This document shows positions 38,601-46,997 of a stretch of DNA of 64,000 nucleotides, piece after piece. A program made the position numbers and the translations under genes. The notes under the pieces were generated by a model. It made no database searches. It was not told the origin of the DNA and worked only from the letters and a program-made list of their open reading frames with translations. Numbering within the stretch: the first letter of the stretch is position 1; each line of letters opens with the position of its first letter. Source of the DNA: a virus; the IMG/VR virus record IMGVR_UViG_3300020536_000010, positions 15,038 through 79,037 of that record. One strand, given 5' to 3'.

Positions 38601-39974
38601 ATTGGGGCATCTTCTTATTATTTGGGGCAAACAAATAATCCAAACCAGCCAGCAATAATTTCTGGTGCCTCTGGCGGAATTGGCGTACTTATGAATCCAG
38701 AAACAAACAATGGCTATTATCTTGAAATAGTTGCATTAGCTGAAGACGGCGTTCTAGACTCCTATGAAAATTCTGCCGATTTACATAACATATTATTCTA
38801 TAAAATTGGTAAGCCTAGTATTGGCGAGACATCCAAGGCAGTCCCCATTAAGCTTTGGGGTGGAACTGCACAAATTTTAATAGATAATGGTCAGTTTGTT
38901 GGACAATATAGGATGGCAAATGAAAAAAATCCAACAGTGTACGATCTTGCAGTAGAGTATGAGGATATTGGCACAACTAGAAAATTTTTCTTGTATATAA
39001 ATAATAGGCTTATTGCAACAGTAATAGACAGCCAGCCATTACCAATATATAACAATATGTGTTTATTTGTTCGTGGCGGTGCCAGGGCAATGTTTGAAAA
39101 CATTTATGCAATAACAAATAACTATTCTCAAAATACTTCATATGCATTAAGCACTCCAGTAAGTGCTGTGTTTTCTTCAGATGAAATAGACATAGATGAG
39201 GCATTTAGAAAATATGCTTTAAGTGGTGTAATACAGGCTAGTTATTTGTCAAGCATTAGCCCATCAGAACCCCCCAAATATAACATGTATTATGAAGAAT
39301 TTGGAACCATAATGAGAGAAGCAGCTTACTTTAACATCAGGTATGATAAAGCATATCCAGCATTATATGCCAAGCTATCTCCAACATTTAATAAATTAAA
39401 AGGCTATACCACTTCTGGATTTTTAGCAAGTTCCTACGGTGCAGAATTTATGATTTTCAATGCAACGGACACAGTTCTGAGTCTTGATGAAACAAGTGGA
39501 AACTATTTAAGAATTCAGGGTGTAACATTTACGCAAGAATCTCCACACGATTTAACAGTGGATGAATATTTTGATAAAAAGAGTGACCACTCAAATCCAC
39601 AATTTTCTGGGCAACAGTTAGTCTCCTATCCAGGAAAGGCAAAACAAGAATATCAGGATATCAAAATTAGTAGGCTGACGCACGGAAGAAAAGAGTTTAC
39701 ACTTGACACGCCATATATTCAATCACATGATGATGCTGAAAATCTCATGGGCTGGATGATATCAAAAATTATGAAACCGAGAAAATCTATTGGCGTAAAC
39801 CTGTTTGGCTTGCCAATTTTGCAACTTGGTGATATAGTTAGTATTAACTATAAAGACAGTGATAATGTAGATATTGTCGCACCAGAAGATTCCAGGTTTG
39901 TTGTTTATCAAATAGAATACTCTGCAAATCCAGATGGACCAGAAATGACTGCGTTTTTAAGTGAGGTGAAATAA
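35604..39974 (+). CDS. Large tail tip/hub protein
   Basis: 1456 aa, second gene after the tape measure gene. VAQVLNEIA.STQSAMFFDEYNNLV and LQLGDIVSI hub-like patterns. Confidence 0.6.
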   Translation: MFQNEELLDHLQTSSVIRTNSAVIAEWNMNIAENILKIGNYRYRPSEGPSTKYGLPVSAFDEIDNGNFYTNATDADVVIDGGLDDEGIPLTFTSKKQKEKLLYSLEDCFGKFRPRSGINKLRYFKDSFSHFTNINMIRRPRYYMAHKDDSFKYWSSYRTEDGIERGIANKLINGQHFIDDASPFVVYKNIVPSNRIIVKMQTNVGEIDLGPFVNNAGSFSDPFYGNQNQTTPVKWKVQILKNNNWTDIISFNSASARRDGSPIIGPDGYVELSYGLKIPERYRDIFIKAEEYTTDTFLPEQSVNGYAYLVKEQESDLGTYHIWINEFNGYQTFTPEYGWYLEESQVDRLTNFVTDLTAPVSYQDTTTGQTKYREFEEISGIRIVIDTMNKVDSTFDLIELSPRLVVDISEKVESFSLTKSASDLGNSGMPVGQLLAGVGTIELFDYDLAFSSTNTNSIIKNYLTKNIQFKLYEIVIDVNGSDYYIPIKTMYSEGFPEINTNDRSVSLSLRDLFFYFESKTAPQILVQEASLSYTVSMLLDSIGFSNYLFKRIDNESEPIIPYFFIAPDKTVAQVLNEIAISTQSAMFFDEYNNLVVMTKEYILPSNDERDVDIVLYGTKDFEAEGQISNKTTNAKLANIVEIASQKDDVFNDGKITYSTRYIQRSVGSIRQASMIDQDKVWIYKPALLWEVAGTENTKSQNDVLGNQSSYALSAIPLKSDLLETPPTVVNGIIQNNTMDFGESVYWMTRYNGYFYANGEVIKYDAIEFEIPGVQKRVVQTNNNGDLSLNIVTSGGIGKVWITSVREYQKYFAQLPFNGKMYPTGRVRIYSEPNYRTINGQTTLANGAVAKHGRGQFGTPIVSHYAGLSSYWTSNSNVRGCTMKSSQLFGTAIETSISVGAAGINNALAQTSSRTGIIKNLLTYTPSYENISKNIIAPGTVQSSALVFTGPSFTTTETPIDFISYVYKPLNTLQNKFKHFGSRIRLIGKVENNENSSQSPIGASSYYLGQTNNPNQPAIISGASGGIGVLMNPETNNGYYLEIVALAEDGVLDSYENSADLHNILFYKIGKPSIGETSKAVPIKLWGGTAQILIDNGQFVGQYRMANEKNPTVYDLAVEYEDIGTTRKFFLYINNRLIATVIDSQPLPIYNNMCLFVRGGARAMFENIYAITNNYSQNTSYALSTPVSAVFSSDEIDIDEAFRKYALSGVIQASYLSSISPSEPPKYNMYYEEFGTIMREAAYFNIRYDKAYPALYAKLSPTFNKLKGYTTSGFLASSYGAEFMIFNATDTVLSLDETSGNYLRIQGVTFTQESPHDLTVDEYFDKKSDHSNPQFSGQQLVSYPGKAKQEYQDIKISRLTHGRKEFTLDTPYIQSHDDAENLMGWMISKIMKPRKSIGVNLFGLPILQLGDIVSINYKDSDNVDIVAPEDSRFVVYQIEYSANPDGPEMTAFLSEVK

Positions 39975-40522
39975 TGGATGCACTGCCCATGTCAACTAGC
40001 AATGAGGCATACAATAATTTAAATGCTAGACTATCACAATTGGAGTCCCAGGTTTCCTCTGTCAAAATTGCTACACAGGAATTAATAGATATTGTTGATG
40101 ATGCAATTCCAGCAGACCAAAAAATAGAAGCAATGACTAACCTATTATTTGAAGATATAGGTGGTCAAGAAATAATTAGTATTATTAGAAATGATATTGT
40201 TAATGGTCAGAATGTTACATATCAGCCAATTACAAATATTACAAGTCTTTATTATCAGTATAATCCACAAAACATTTTAGCAGTACAAAAAACAGATAGG
40301 GATTACTTTAAAAATTTCCCAATTATTTTATACAGCAAGGTTCCAGAATGCGGAAGCGGCTTTGATATTGACGGTAATCAGCAGGTGCCAAACTGTGATT
40401 ATATCTACATACATCCAACAAGCGGGGATCTTGTAATAGATTTAATTAATATGAGGCTAGAAGAAGAGGTAGAGGTTCAGATTATTTCTAAACTAAGCGA
40501 CCTACATGATACAATATACTGA
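39974..40522 (+). CDS. Hypothetical tail/baseplate protein
   Basis: Coupled ORF in the tail tip module. Confidence 0.55.
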   Translation: MDALPMSTSNEAYNNLNARLSQLESQVSSVKIATQELIDIVDDAIPADQKIEAMTNLLFEDIGGQEIISIIRNDIVNGQNVTYQPITNITSLYYQYNPQNILAVQKTDRDYFKNFPIILYSKVPECGSGFDIDGNQQVPNCDYIYIHPTSGDLVIDLINMRLEEEVEVQIISKLSDLHDTIY

Positions 40523-40531
40523 GGAAAAATA

Positions 40532-41716
40532 ATGATTACAAATACTGGAAAGGGCATTTTAGCTAAATACTTGATTGGTCAAGCACCAGCATATGCTTCA
40601 TATATTGCTGTGGGCTGTGGCCCCTCTGCTTTAGAAGATGACACCCCTGGTTTTACCACAGAGCAAAAAGAAGAATATGCTGAAAAAAATGCACTAGACT
40701 TTGAAATGTTTCGTGTGCCAATTATTTCTAAGGGGTATGTTAATGAAAACAATCTTACAAAGCTGGTACTAACAGCAGAGTTGCCAACAGAAGAAAGATA
40801 TGAAATAACAGAAGTTGGAATATTTTCAGCAGAATCCAACCCATCAGCGGGTGCGTTTGACAGCAAAAACTTTTATTTATTTAATCAGACAGAGGGCTGG
40901 GAGCACCACACACAATCTTTGATTAAAGAAATTCCAACTATATATACGCCATTAGATGAAAACGATATTATTCTTGGAGAATATATTGTTAATGGAACAC
41001 TACAAGAAACTCCAGTATTTCATACTAACGCAGATAATAGAACATTTACAAATGAAGAAAGAGTTCTTAGAAATGAAAGATGTAGATTTTTAAATAATAT
41101 GCTAATGGTTGTTGGAGATGATGCTTCTTTAACTACTGATTCAATACAGCAATTGTCTGTTGTTGCTGGTAGCAATCATATACATAAAACTGGAACATCT
41201 TTAACATTTAATAGAAATGCCCCAACAGATCGGCTCAAACTTGCATTTTCTTTAATAAATAAAAATGGAGAATCTTCGACAGTACCAGACAATGTAAAAA
41301 TTTTAATTCAGTTTTCTTCTTCAGATACATCTTCTACTGGTGAATATGCAAACTTTACTGTCAATATTGACCACACTGGGTTTACAGCTGGCACTGCACC
41401 ACAAGAAGCAAACTTTACAACACAAAGATATTTTGTTGTTTCAAAACAATTACAGGAGCTATATTATACCTCAGCATTTAACTGGGAAAGTGTGACAGTT
41501 GCCAAAATATTTGTTGAGGTAGAAAAAAACGGAGCACCATCTTCCGATTACTATGTGGCTCTAGATGCAATGAGATTGGAAAATTTAACAACAACAAATC
41601 CTTTATATGGTCTTACTGGGTATTCAGTGCTAAAAACAGATGGGGCATTGCCAATTGTTAAGCTAGCTAATACTGCAAATTATATAGAATTTAGAATAGC
41701 CATTGGAGTGGAATAA
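40532..41716 (+). CDS. Putative baseplate/minor tail protein
   Basis: MITNTGK.ILAKYL...YIAVG.G and ITEVGIFS motifs typical of baseplate or fibre-attachment proteins. Confidence 0.55.
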   Translation: MITNTGKGILAKYLIGQAPAYASYIAVGCGPSALEDDTPGFTTEQKEEYAEKNALDFEMFRVPIISKGYVNENNLTKLVLTAELPTEERYEITEVGIFSAESNPSAGAFDSKNFYLFNQTEGWEHHTQSLIKEIPTIYTPLDENDIILGEYIVNGTLQETPVFHTNADNRTFTNEERVLRNERCRFLNNMLMVVGDDASLTTDSIQQLSVVAGSNHIHKTGTSLTFNRNAPTDRLKLAFSLINKNGESSTVPDNVKILIQFSSSDTSSTGEYANFTVNIDHTGFTAGTAPQEANFTTQRYFVVSKQLQELYYTSAFNWESVTVAKIFVEVEKNGAPSSDYYVALDAMRLENLTTTNPLYGLTGYSVLKTDGALPIVKLANTANYIEFRIAIGVE

Positions 41717-42147
41717 TGGCAGATCGTGGAATTAAAAAAGTTGTGATTCCAAAGTCTACGCTACCTAGTGTCACATTAGATAATAAATATTTTGTTAGAT
41801 ATAGGATAGTCTCTCAGGACAAAAATAGAGTTTCTGCGTGGTCACCAACATTTGAGCTAAATGCTATAACGCCTACGCCATTACTGGCATCCAATGTTAC
41901 ATACTCTATCAATAATAAATTAGTTAATATAGCCTGGATAGATCCAGAGCTAAGAAATAATTACGATATTTTTATTAAATCTGATTCTGGTGCATATACC
42001 TATTATGGAACCGTAACTGGGCAAAGTTATAGCTTTTTAACTAATGCTACAACCTCTATACAGTTTGCCATCCAGATATCTAGTATTTCTAAGGAAAAAA
42101 GCGAGATCCTAGAAATCTATGAATCTAGCGTCATATCTTTGGTATAA
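41716..42147 (+). CDS. Hypothetical minor tail protein (FN3-like fragment)
   Basis: YFVRYRIVSQDKNRVSAWSP motif; coupled start. Confidence 0.55.
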   Translation: MADRGIKKVVIPKSTLPSVTLDNKYFVRYRIVSQDKNRVSAWSPTFELNAITPTPLLASNVTYSINNKLVNIAWIDPELRNNYDIFIKSDSGAYTYYGTVTGQSYSFLTNATTSIQFAIQISSISKEKSEILEIYESSVISLV

Positions 42148-42148
42148 T
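42140..42148 (+). promoter_or_regulatory. Extended -10 promoter
   Basis: TGGTATAAT overlapping the upstream stop; RBS AGGAG follows. Confidence 0.55.
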
Positions 42149-42165
42149 ATTAGTTTAGGAGAAAA

Positions 42166-42618
42166 ATGCCAATTATTCCGATTCCAGAACGTGGTCAGCC
42201 ACTAGACCTAAGCTATATTGCTACAATAGCCGAAACAGTAAATAACCTATCCAAAGAGCTATCATACTCTTCAAAAAAATATGCATCGGTTGAAAGCCCA
42301 AGAGCATCTATTACAAGGCAAGATCTTAAAGTTACAGACATGAGGGTTGTAGCAGGGGCCTACGATCTTGCTCAAAATTTTTCTGTAAACGCTGGTCAGA
42401 AGGTACAGTTTACTTATAACTTTGCAAGCTCAGACTTTAAATATCCACCAATTGTTACTGCAACTCCAGAGGCTGTATCAGTAACAGATAGCGGAACGGA
42501 CGTATCTGTAACAATTACATCAGTTACCTCATCCAGAGTTGATGGCGTTGTACGTTTTAATACAAGCGGTACCGCTTCAATTCGTATAAATATTATTGCT
42601 ATTGGACTTCCAAGCTAG
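42166..42618 (+). CDS. Hypothetical virion protein (H-type-lectin/gp53-like C-terminus)
   Basis: F...F.YPPIVTAT...V.ITSVT....G......INIIAIG pattern. Confidence 0.5.
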   Translation: MPIIPIPERGQPLDLSYIATIAETVNNLSKELSYSSKKYASVESPRASITRQDLKVTDMRVVAGAYDLAQNFSVNAGQKVQFTYNFASSDFKYPPIVTATPEAVSVTDSGTDVSVTITSVTSSRVDGVVRFNTSGTASIRINIIAIGLPS

Positions 42619-42627
42619 GTGATATCC

Positions 42628-43158
42628 ATGCCATTAATGGATATGGAATCTTATAATAATGCACCTGTAATTCCTGGGAATAAAAAAGTCTGGTTCTTAA
42701 ATGGGGACTTGGTAAGAATTCATCATTTAAATAAATCTAATGGCATTATGTCAGTCTTCAATATTATTAAAGATCAAATAGAAAGTTGCCTAATTTCTGA
42801 TTTTAAGAAAAATAGAGAAAGAGCTTATACAGTTGGTCAAACTGCCCAGCTTGTAAATAGGCATAAAAAGTACTTGCCAAATTTAATGAAACGTGGTATA
42901 ATCCCATTTCCAACTGGCTCACAAAAAGGTGGGGCAACTGGATGGCAAGTACGAAGCTACTACTCTGAATCACAGGTAAGGGAGATTCGTGATATACTGG
43001 CCTCCTACCATATGGGTAGACCAAGAAAAGATAAATTAATTACAAATGATATAACGCCTTCTCCACAGGAGTTGACACGGAGAATGGGCGATGGTATACT
43101 TACATATACCAAAACCGAAGATGGTAGATTTATACCAATTTGGTCAGAGTCTATATAG
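42628..43158 (+). CDS. DNA-binding protein with MerR/excisionase-like winged HTH
   Basis: AYTVGQTAQLVNRH...L..L.KRGIIP.P...RSYYSESQV.EIR; RBS AGGTGA before ATG 42628. Confidence 0.6.
   Translation: MPLMDMESYNNAPVIPGNKKVWFLNGDLVRIHHLNKSNGIMSVFNIIKDQIESCLISDFKKNRERAYTVGQTAQLVNRHKKYLPNLMKRGIIPFPTGSQKGGATGWQVRSYYSESQVREIRDILASYHMGRPRKDKLITNDITPSPQELTRRMGDGILTYTKTEDGRFIPIWSESI
43072..43100 (+). promoter_or_regulatory. Consensus SigA/sigma70 promoter
   Basis: TTGACA (43072-43077), 17-nt spacer ending TGG, then TATACT (43095-43100); upstream of the replication module. Confidence 0.75.
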
Positions 43159-43165
43159 GAAGAAA

Positions 43166-43381
43166 ATGGGTATGAATAACGAAGACACTAAGGTTCGTGT
43201 AGCATTGGGCTATACGCTTAACCTAGGCAACTTTCAGTCTCTACGAATTGATGTAGAAGTTCAAGACAACAAGCGTGAAGGCGAAAACACCAATGACGCT
43301 TTTGAGCGGGTATATGCTTTTGTCGAAGATAAGTTAGCCGCCAAGGTCAAGGAAGCTGCTGCTGAGGTAGAGGCTAAGTAA
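43166..43381 (+). CDS. Hypothetical protein
   Basis: Conserved-looking LGYTLNLGNFQSLRID; start at 43166 or 43172 rather than 43091. Confidence 0.7.
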   Translation: MGMNNEDTKVRVALGYTLNLGNFQSLRIDVEVQDNKREGENTNDAFERVYAFVEDKLAAKVKEAAAEVEAK

Positions 43382-43696
43382 ATGGCTGATCGCAAAGACC
43401 AGATGGCTTTGCTCAGCAAGTTTGAAAAGCACTATAAGTTTAAGTATAATCAAAAACCAAACTTAAACAGATGGGCAGAGGCCTGGGCAGCAGATGCAAT
43501 TATAGATTCTTACGGCATTCATATTTGCTATGAAATGCTAGAGTATTATTTTGATGTATCCCCAGCCCCAACATGGAAGAATTTTGCAGGCAATATAGGA
43601 AGCCTAATTGAAGCTAAGTCACGAATAGACGATGACAAAATTGAAAGAATTGAAAGAAGAAAGAAAGCGAAAGAGTGGTTAAGTGAAAATCAGTAA
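43382..43696 (+). CDS. Hypothetical protein (replication module)
   Basis: Abutting ORF upstream of the helicase. Confidence 0.7.
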   Translation: MADRKDQMALLSKFEKHYKFKYNQKPNLNRWAEAWAADAIIDSYGIHICYEMLEYYFDVSPAPTWKNFAGNIGSLIEAKSRIDDDKIERIERRKKAKEWLSENQ

Positions 43697-43886
43697 AGCT
43701 AGGTCACTAGCCAAATCTATAACTTGGAGAATTATTGCCATTTTAAGCACCTTTGTGGTTGGATACGTATTAACTGGTAGTGTAGACTTTGCTGCCTCAC
43801 TGGCATTACTCTCAAATTTAATTAACTTTATTCTTTATTATTTTCACGAAAGACTTTGGCTTAGGGTTAGATGGGGTAGACAATGA
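43683..43886 (+). CDS. DUF2061-like small membrane protein
   Basis: RSLAKSITWRI...TGS...A...ILYYFHERLW.RV.WG signature. Confidence 0.75.
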   Translation: MKISKARSLAKSITWRIIAILSTFVVGYVLTGSVDFAASLALLSNLINFILYYFHERLWLRVRWGRQ

Positions 43887-45103
43887 ATAGTGCAGAAGAT
43901 AGACTAATTTCGGCAGTACTTGAAGACAAGCAGCTTCATGTTTTGCTACAGGCAGATGTAGAAAAGATACTTAGAACTCATAATGATATTTGGCAGTTTA
44001 TTCGTAGATATGCTGAGATCAATGGGTCTGTTCCACCAAAGTCTATTGTTGTAGATAAGTTTAGAGATTTTTCTCCAGTAGAGGGTATTGGCACAACCAA
44101 GCATCACTTAGAAGAGCTTCAGGCAGAGTACCTTGAAAATAGCATTAAGGAAATCTTAGTTTCTGCAGCCACTGAAATTCAAAACGGCAGCAGTGCAAAT
44201 GCCCTTGAATCATTAATTACAAAGACATCAGAACTTAAGAAAAATACTTCTGTAATTAGGGATATTGATGTGACTGACCTGCATTCAGCCATTGAATACT
44301 ATAAGCAACTACAGCGAGAGCAGGAGCTAGGTTCTATTGGAATTAAAACTGGACTGCCAGGGTTTGACAATTACTTACCAGCTGGAATTACTCCAGGACA
44401 GCTAGGTGTATTTTTGGCCTATCCAGGCATAGGTAAATCTTGGTTAAGCCTTTATTTCGCCGTACAGGCCTGGAAACAGGGCAAATCTCCGATGATCATA
44501 AGCCTTGAAATGGGCGAGGCAGAGGTTCGTAATCGTGTATATGCCATTATGGGTGAAGGGCTGTGGTCTCACAGAAAGCTTTCCAGTGGACAAGTTAATA
44601 TAGATGATTTGACAAGATGGCACGAAAAACATCTTTCTGGTAAACCAGAGTTTCATATTATTTCTAATGATACTGGTGGAGAAATTACACCATCTGTTTT
44701 GCGTGGAAAAATAGATCAATACAGGCCAGACTTTGTTATTGTTGATTATCTGCAGCTAATGAGTCCCAATGCAAAGGCAGATAACGAAACGGTACGTATG
44801 AAGAACTTGTCTCGTGAACTAAAACTTATGGCTATATCAGAAGAAGTTCCAATTATTGCAATTTCTTCTGCCACGCCAGATGATGTTACTAAATTAGACA
44901 CAGTCCCAACTCTTGGTCAAACAGCTTGGTCACGACAAATTGCTTACGACGCTGACTGGGTTTTGGCCCTAGGGCGTGGTGCTAACTCAGACGTTATTGA
45001 GTGCGTATTTAGAAAAAACCGTAATGGGTTTATGGGGGACTTTTTGGTTCAGGTTGATTTTGATAAAGGCTGGTATAGATATAAAGATTTTGAGGATAAG
45101 TAG
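43883..45103 (+). CDS. dnaB: Replicative DNA helicase
   Basis: GIKTG, Walker A AYPGIGKS, SLEM, VIVDYLQLM, SRELKLMA, YDAD, KNRNG. Confidence 0.92.
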   Translation: MNSAEDRLISAVLEDKQLHVLLQADVEKILRTHNDIWQFIRRYAEINGSVPPKSIVVDKFRDFSPVEGIGTTKHHLEELQAEYLENSIKEILVSAATEIQNGSSANALESLITKTSELKKNTSVIRDIDVTDLHSAIEYYKQLQREQELGSIGIKTGLPGFDNYLPAGITPGQLGVFLAYPGIGKSWLSLYFAVQAWKQGKSPMIISLEMGEAEVRNRVYAIMGEGLWSHRKLSSGQVNIDDLTRWHEKHLSGKPEFHIISNDTGGEITPSVLRGKIDQYRPDFVIVDYLQLMSPNAKADNETVRMKNLSRELKLMAISEEVPIIAISSATPDDVTKLDTVPTLGQTAWSRQIAYDADWVLALGRGANSDVIECVFRKNRNGFMGDFLVQVDFDKGWYRYKDFEDK

Positions 45104-45116
45104 TTATAATTAATAC

Positions 45117-45443
45117 ATGCTTAACCTACACCATAAGGCAATTAAAAGATTTAGCCTGGATGGAAACATCCACGATGACTCTGCCATTGCCAGGCTTAAA
45201 AGTGAATACATAAAGCTATTAGTTGCAGAAATGAGGTTATCTGGGTATGTGCCAAGACTTGACATTAACCCCGATTTTACGCTAAGCTATAATGAAGAAA
45301 AAAGATATTTTGAGTTTAAGATAAGTTTATACGGAATTTATATAGGAAAGAAACAGAGTGAATGGATACTAGGAATAGACGAGATAAGACCAATTTATAT
45401 TCAAGAGAGCAAATCAAAAGAATTCTTGAGGGAGCAGGCCTAG
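45117..45443 (+). CDS. Hypothetical protein, probably leaderless
   Basis: TATAAT (45105-45110) lies six nt before the ATG. Confidence 0.7.
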   Translation: MLNLHHKAIKRFSLDGNIHDDSAIARLKSEYIKLLVAEMRLSGYVPRLDINPDFTLSYNEEKRYFEFKISLYGIYIGKKQSEWILGIDEIRPIYIQESKSKEFLREQA

Positions 45444-46306
45444 ATATAGAGTCTGAGGTAGATACAGACTTTATTGTGTTTTGTCCATTTCACGCAAACA
45501 ATCGTACCCCAGCTGGCGAAGTAGATAAAAATTCTGGCATATTCTTTTGTTTTTCCTGCCACCACGTCTGTGATCTAGTAGAGCTTATAATGCATGTCTC
45601 TGGTAGAAAATATTTTGAAGCTGTTAGGTTTATCAAAAGTAAGGAGCAGCAATCTTCTGTACTAGATACTTTAAATAAAAAATTGATAGATGTCCCAGAA
45701 TACACACAATTTGATCAAATACTGATTAAACGATTAAACACTCAGGCATTAGAATCTCCAAGAGCAATGAGATATTTTGAGGGCAGATTAATTAATGAAG
45801 CTTCTGTTAGAAAGTTTGCCCTGGGCTTTTCAGAAAAGCAAGACATGGTTACAATTCCAGTACATTCTCCAGATGGCATGGAAGTTGGATTTGTTGGAAG
45901 ATCTATTGAAGGCAAAGACTTTAAAAATACACCAAAGCTGCCAAAGGCTAAAATTTTATTTAATCTTCACAGGGTTAAATCATCCAAAAAGGTTTATGTA
46001 GTTGAGTCATCGTTTGATGCCATAAGGCTAGATCAATGCGGATTTCCAGCGGTGGCTACATTGGGGGCAAACGTCTCAAACTACCAAATAGACCTACTCA
46101 AAAAATACTTCAATAACATTTGCGTTATTGCAGACAATGATGAAGCAGGCGGTAATATGAAAGACAAGATTATTGAACATCTTGGCTCTCGTACTATCGT
46201 AATAAATATAGATAAAAAATATAAAGATATAGGCGATATGACAGATGAGGCAATCAAATTAATTGATGAATCGTTTGACAAATCTATTGCCACAATGCTA
46301 AAATAA
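45362..46306 (+). CDS. dnaG: DNA primase
   Basis: CHC2 zinc finger CPFH...CFSC; TOPRIM VVESSFDA, ADNDEAG and KDIGD. Confidence 0.9.
   Translation: MDTRNRRDKTNLYSREQIKRILEGAGLDIESEVDTDFIVFCPFHANNRTPAGEVDKNSGIFFCFSCHHVCDLVELIMHVSGRKYFEAVRFIKSKEQQSSVLDTLNKKLIDVPEYTQFDQILIKRLNTQALESPRAMRYFEGRLINEASVRKFALGFSEKQDMVTIPVHSPDGMEVGFVGRSIEGKDFKNTPKLPKAKILFNLHRVKSSKKVYVVESSFDAIRLDQCGFPAVATLGANVSNYQIDLLKKYFNNICVIADNDEAGGNMKDKIIEHLGSRTIVINIDKKYKDIGDMTDEAIKLIDESFDKSIATMLK
46275..46304 (+). promoter_or_regulatory. SigA/sigma70 promoter
   Basis: TTGACA (46275-46280), 18-nt spacer ending TGC, then TAAAAT (46299-46304). Confidence 0.65.
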
Positions 46307-46332
46307 GAAGCTAAAAATATAGGAGAATATAT

Positions 46333-46989
46333 ATGAGCGTAGTAAAAGGGCTAAAAAATATCAATGCACTACTTGATAAGCCAAAGTATGATGAAAACAA
46401 GGCCAAGGTTCGTTGGCTAAAGCTTGCAGACGGACAGTCTGTAAAGATTCGCTTTATTGAGGAACTAGATGAGGATAGCCCAAGCTATTCTGAAGACCGT
46501 GGTCTTGCTCTAGTTGTTAAGGAGCACACCAATCCAAAAGACTACAAGCGTAAGGCTGTAGATACTATGGATACAGAGGGTCGTGACTGGGCAGAAGAAA
46601 TGCACCGCAAAGATCCAAAGGCTGGATGGAGAGCACGTCTTCGTTTTTATTGCAACGTGCTAGTTGATGATGGGCTAGAAGATCCATATGTTGCAATTTG
46701 GTCTATGGGTGTAAGCAAGCAGTCATCTTTTAATACTATCCGTGAGTATGCTCTTGAGACTGGAAGCATCTCTAATCTAACCTGGAAGCTAAAGCGTAAC
46801 GGCCAGGGCACTGAGACAAGCTACACTCTCATTCCTTCGACTCCAGATAAGGAGCCGTTTGTGTGGAATGATGTTCGCCCATTCCCACTTGAGTCTGCCC
46901 TAAACAAGGTGCCTTATGCTGAGCAAGAGGCATTTTACCTAGGGTTTGACACACCATCTTCCAATTCTAATTCGAATATGGATTGGTAA
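46333..46989 (+). CDS. Putative single-stranded DNA-binding protein (gp32-like)
   Basis: WLKL.DGQSVKIRF...RFYCNVLV...WKLKRNGQG.ETSY.L.P pattern, low-complexity tail ending DW, located between primase and polymerase. Confidence 0.6.
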   Translation: MSVVKGLKNINALLDKPKYDENKAKVRWLKLADGQSVKIRFIEELDEDSPSYSEDRGLALVVKEHTNPKDYKRKAVDTMDTEGRDWAEEMHRKDPKAGWRARLRFYCNVLVDDGLEDPYVAIWSMGVSKQSSFNTIREYALETGSISNLTWKLKRNGQGTETSYTLIPSTPDKEPFVWNDVRPFPLESALNKVPYAEQEAFYLGFDTPSSNSNSNMDW

Positions 46990-46997
46990 GATAATCT

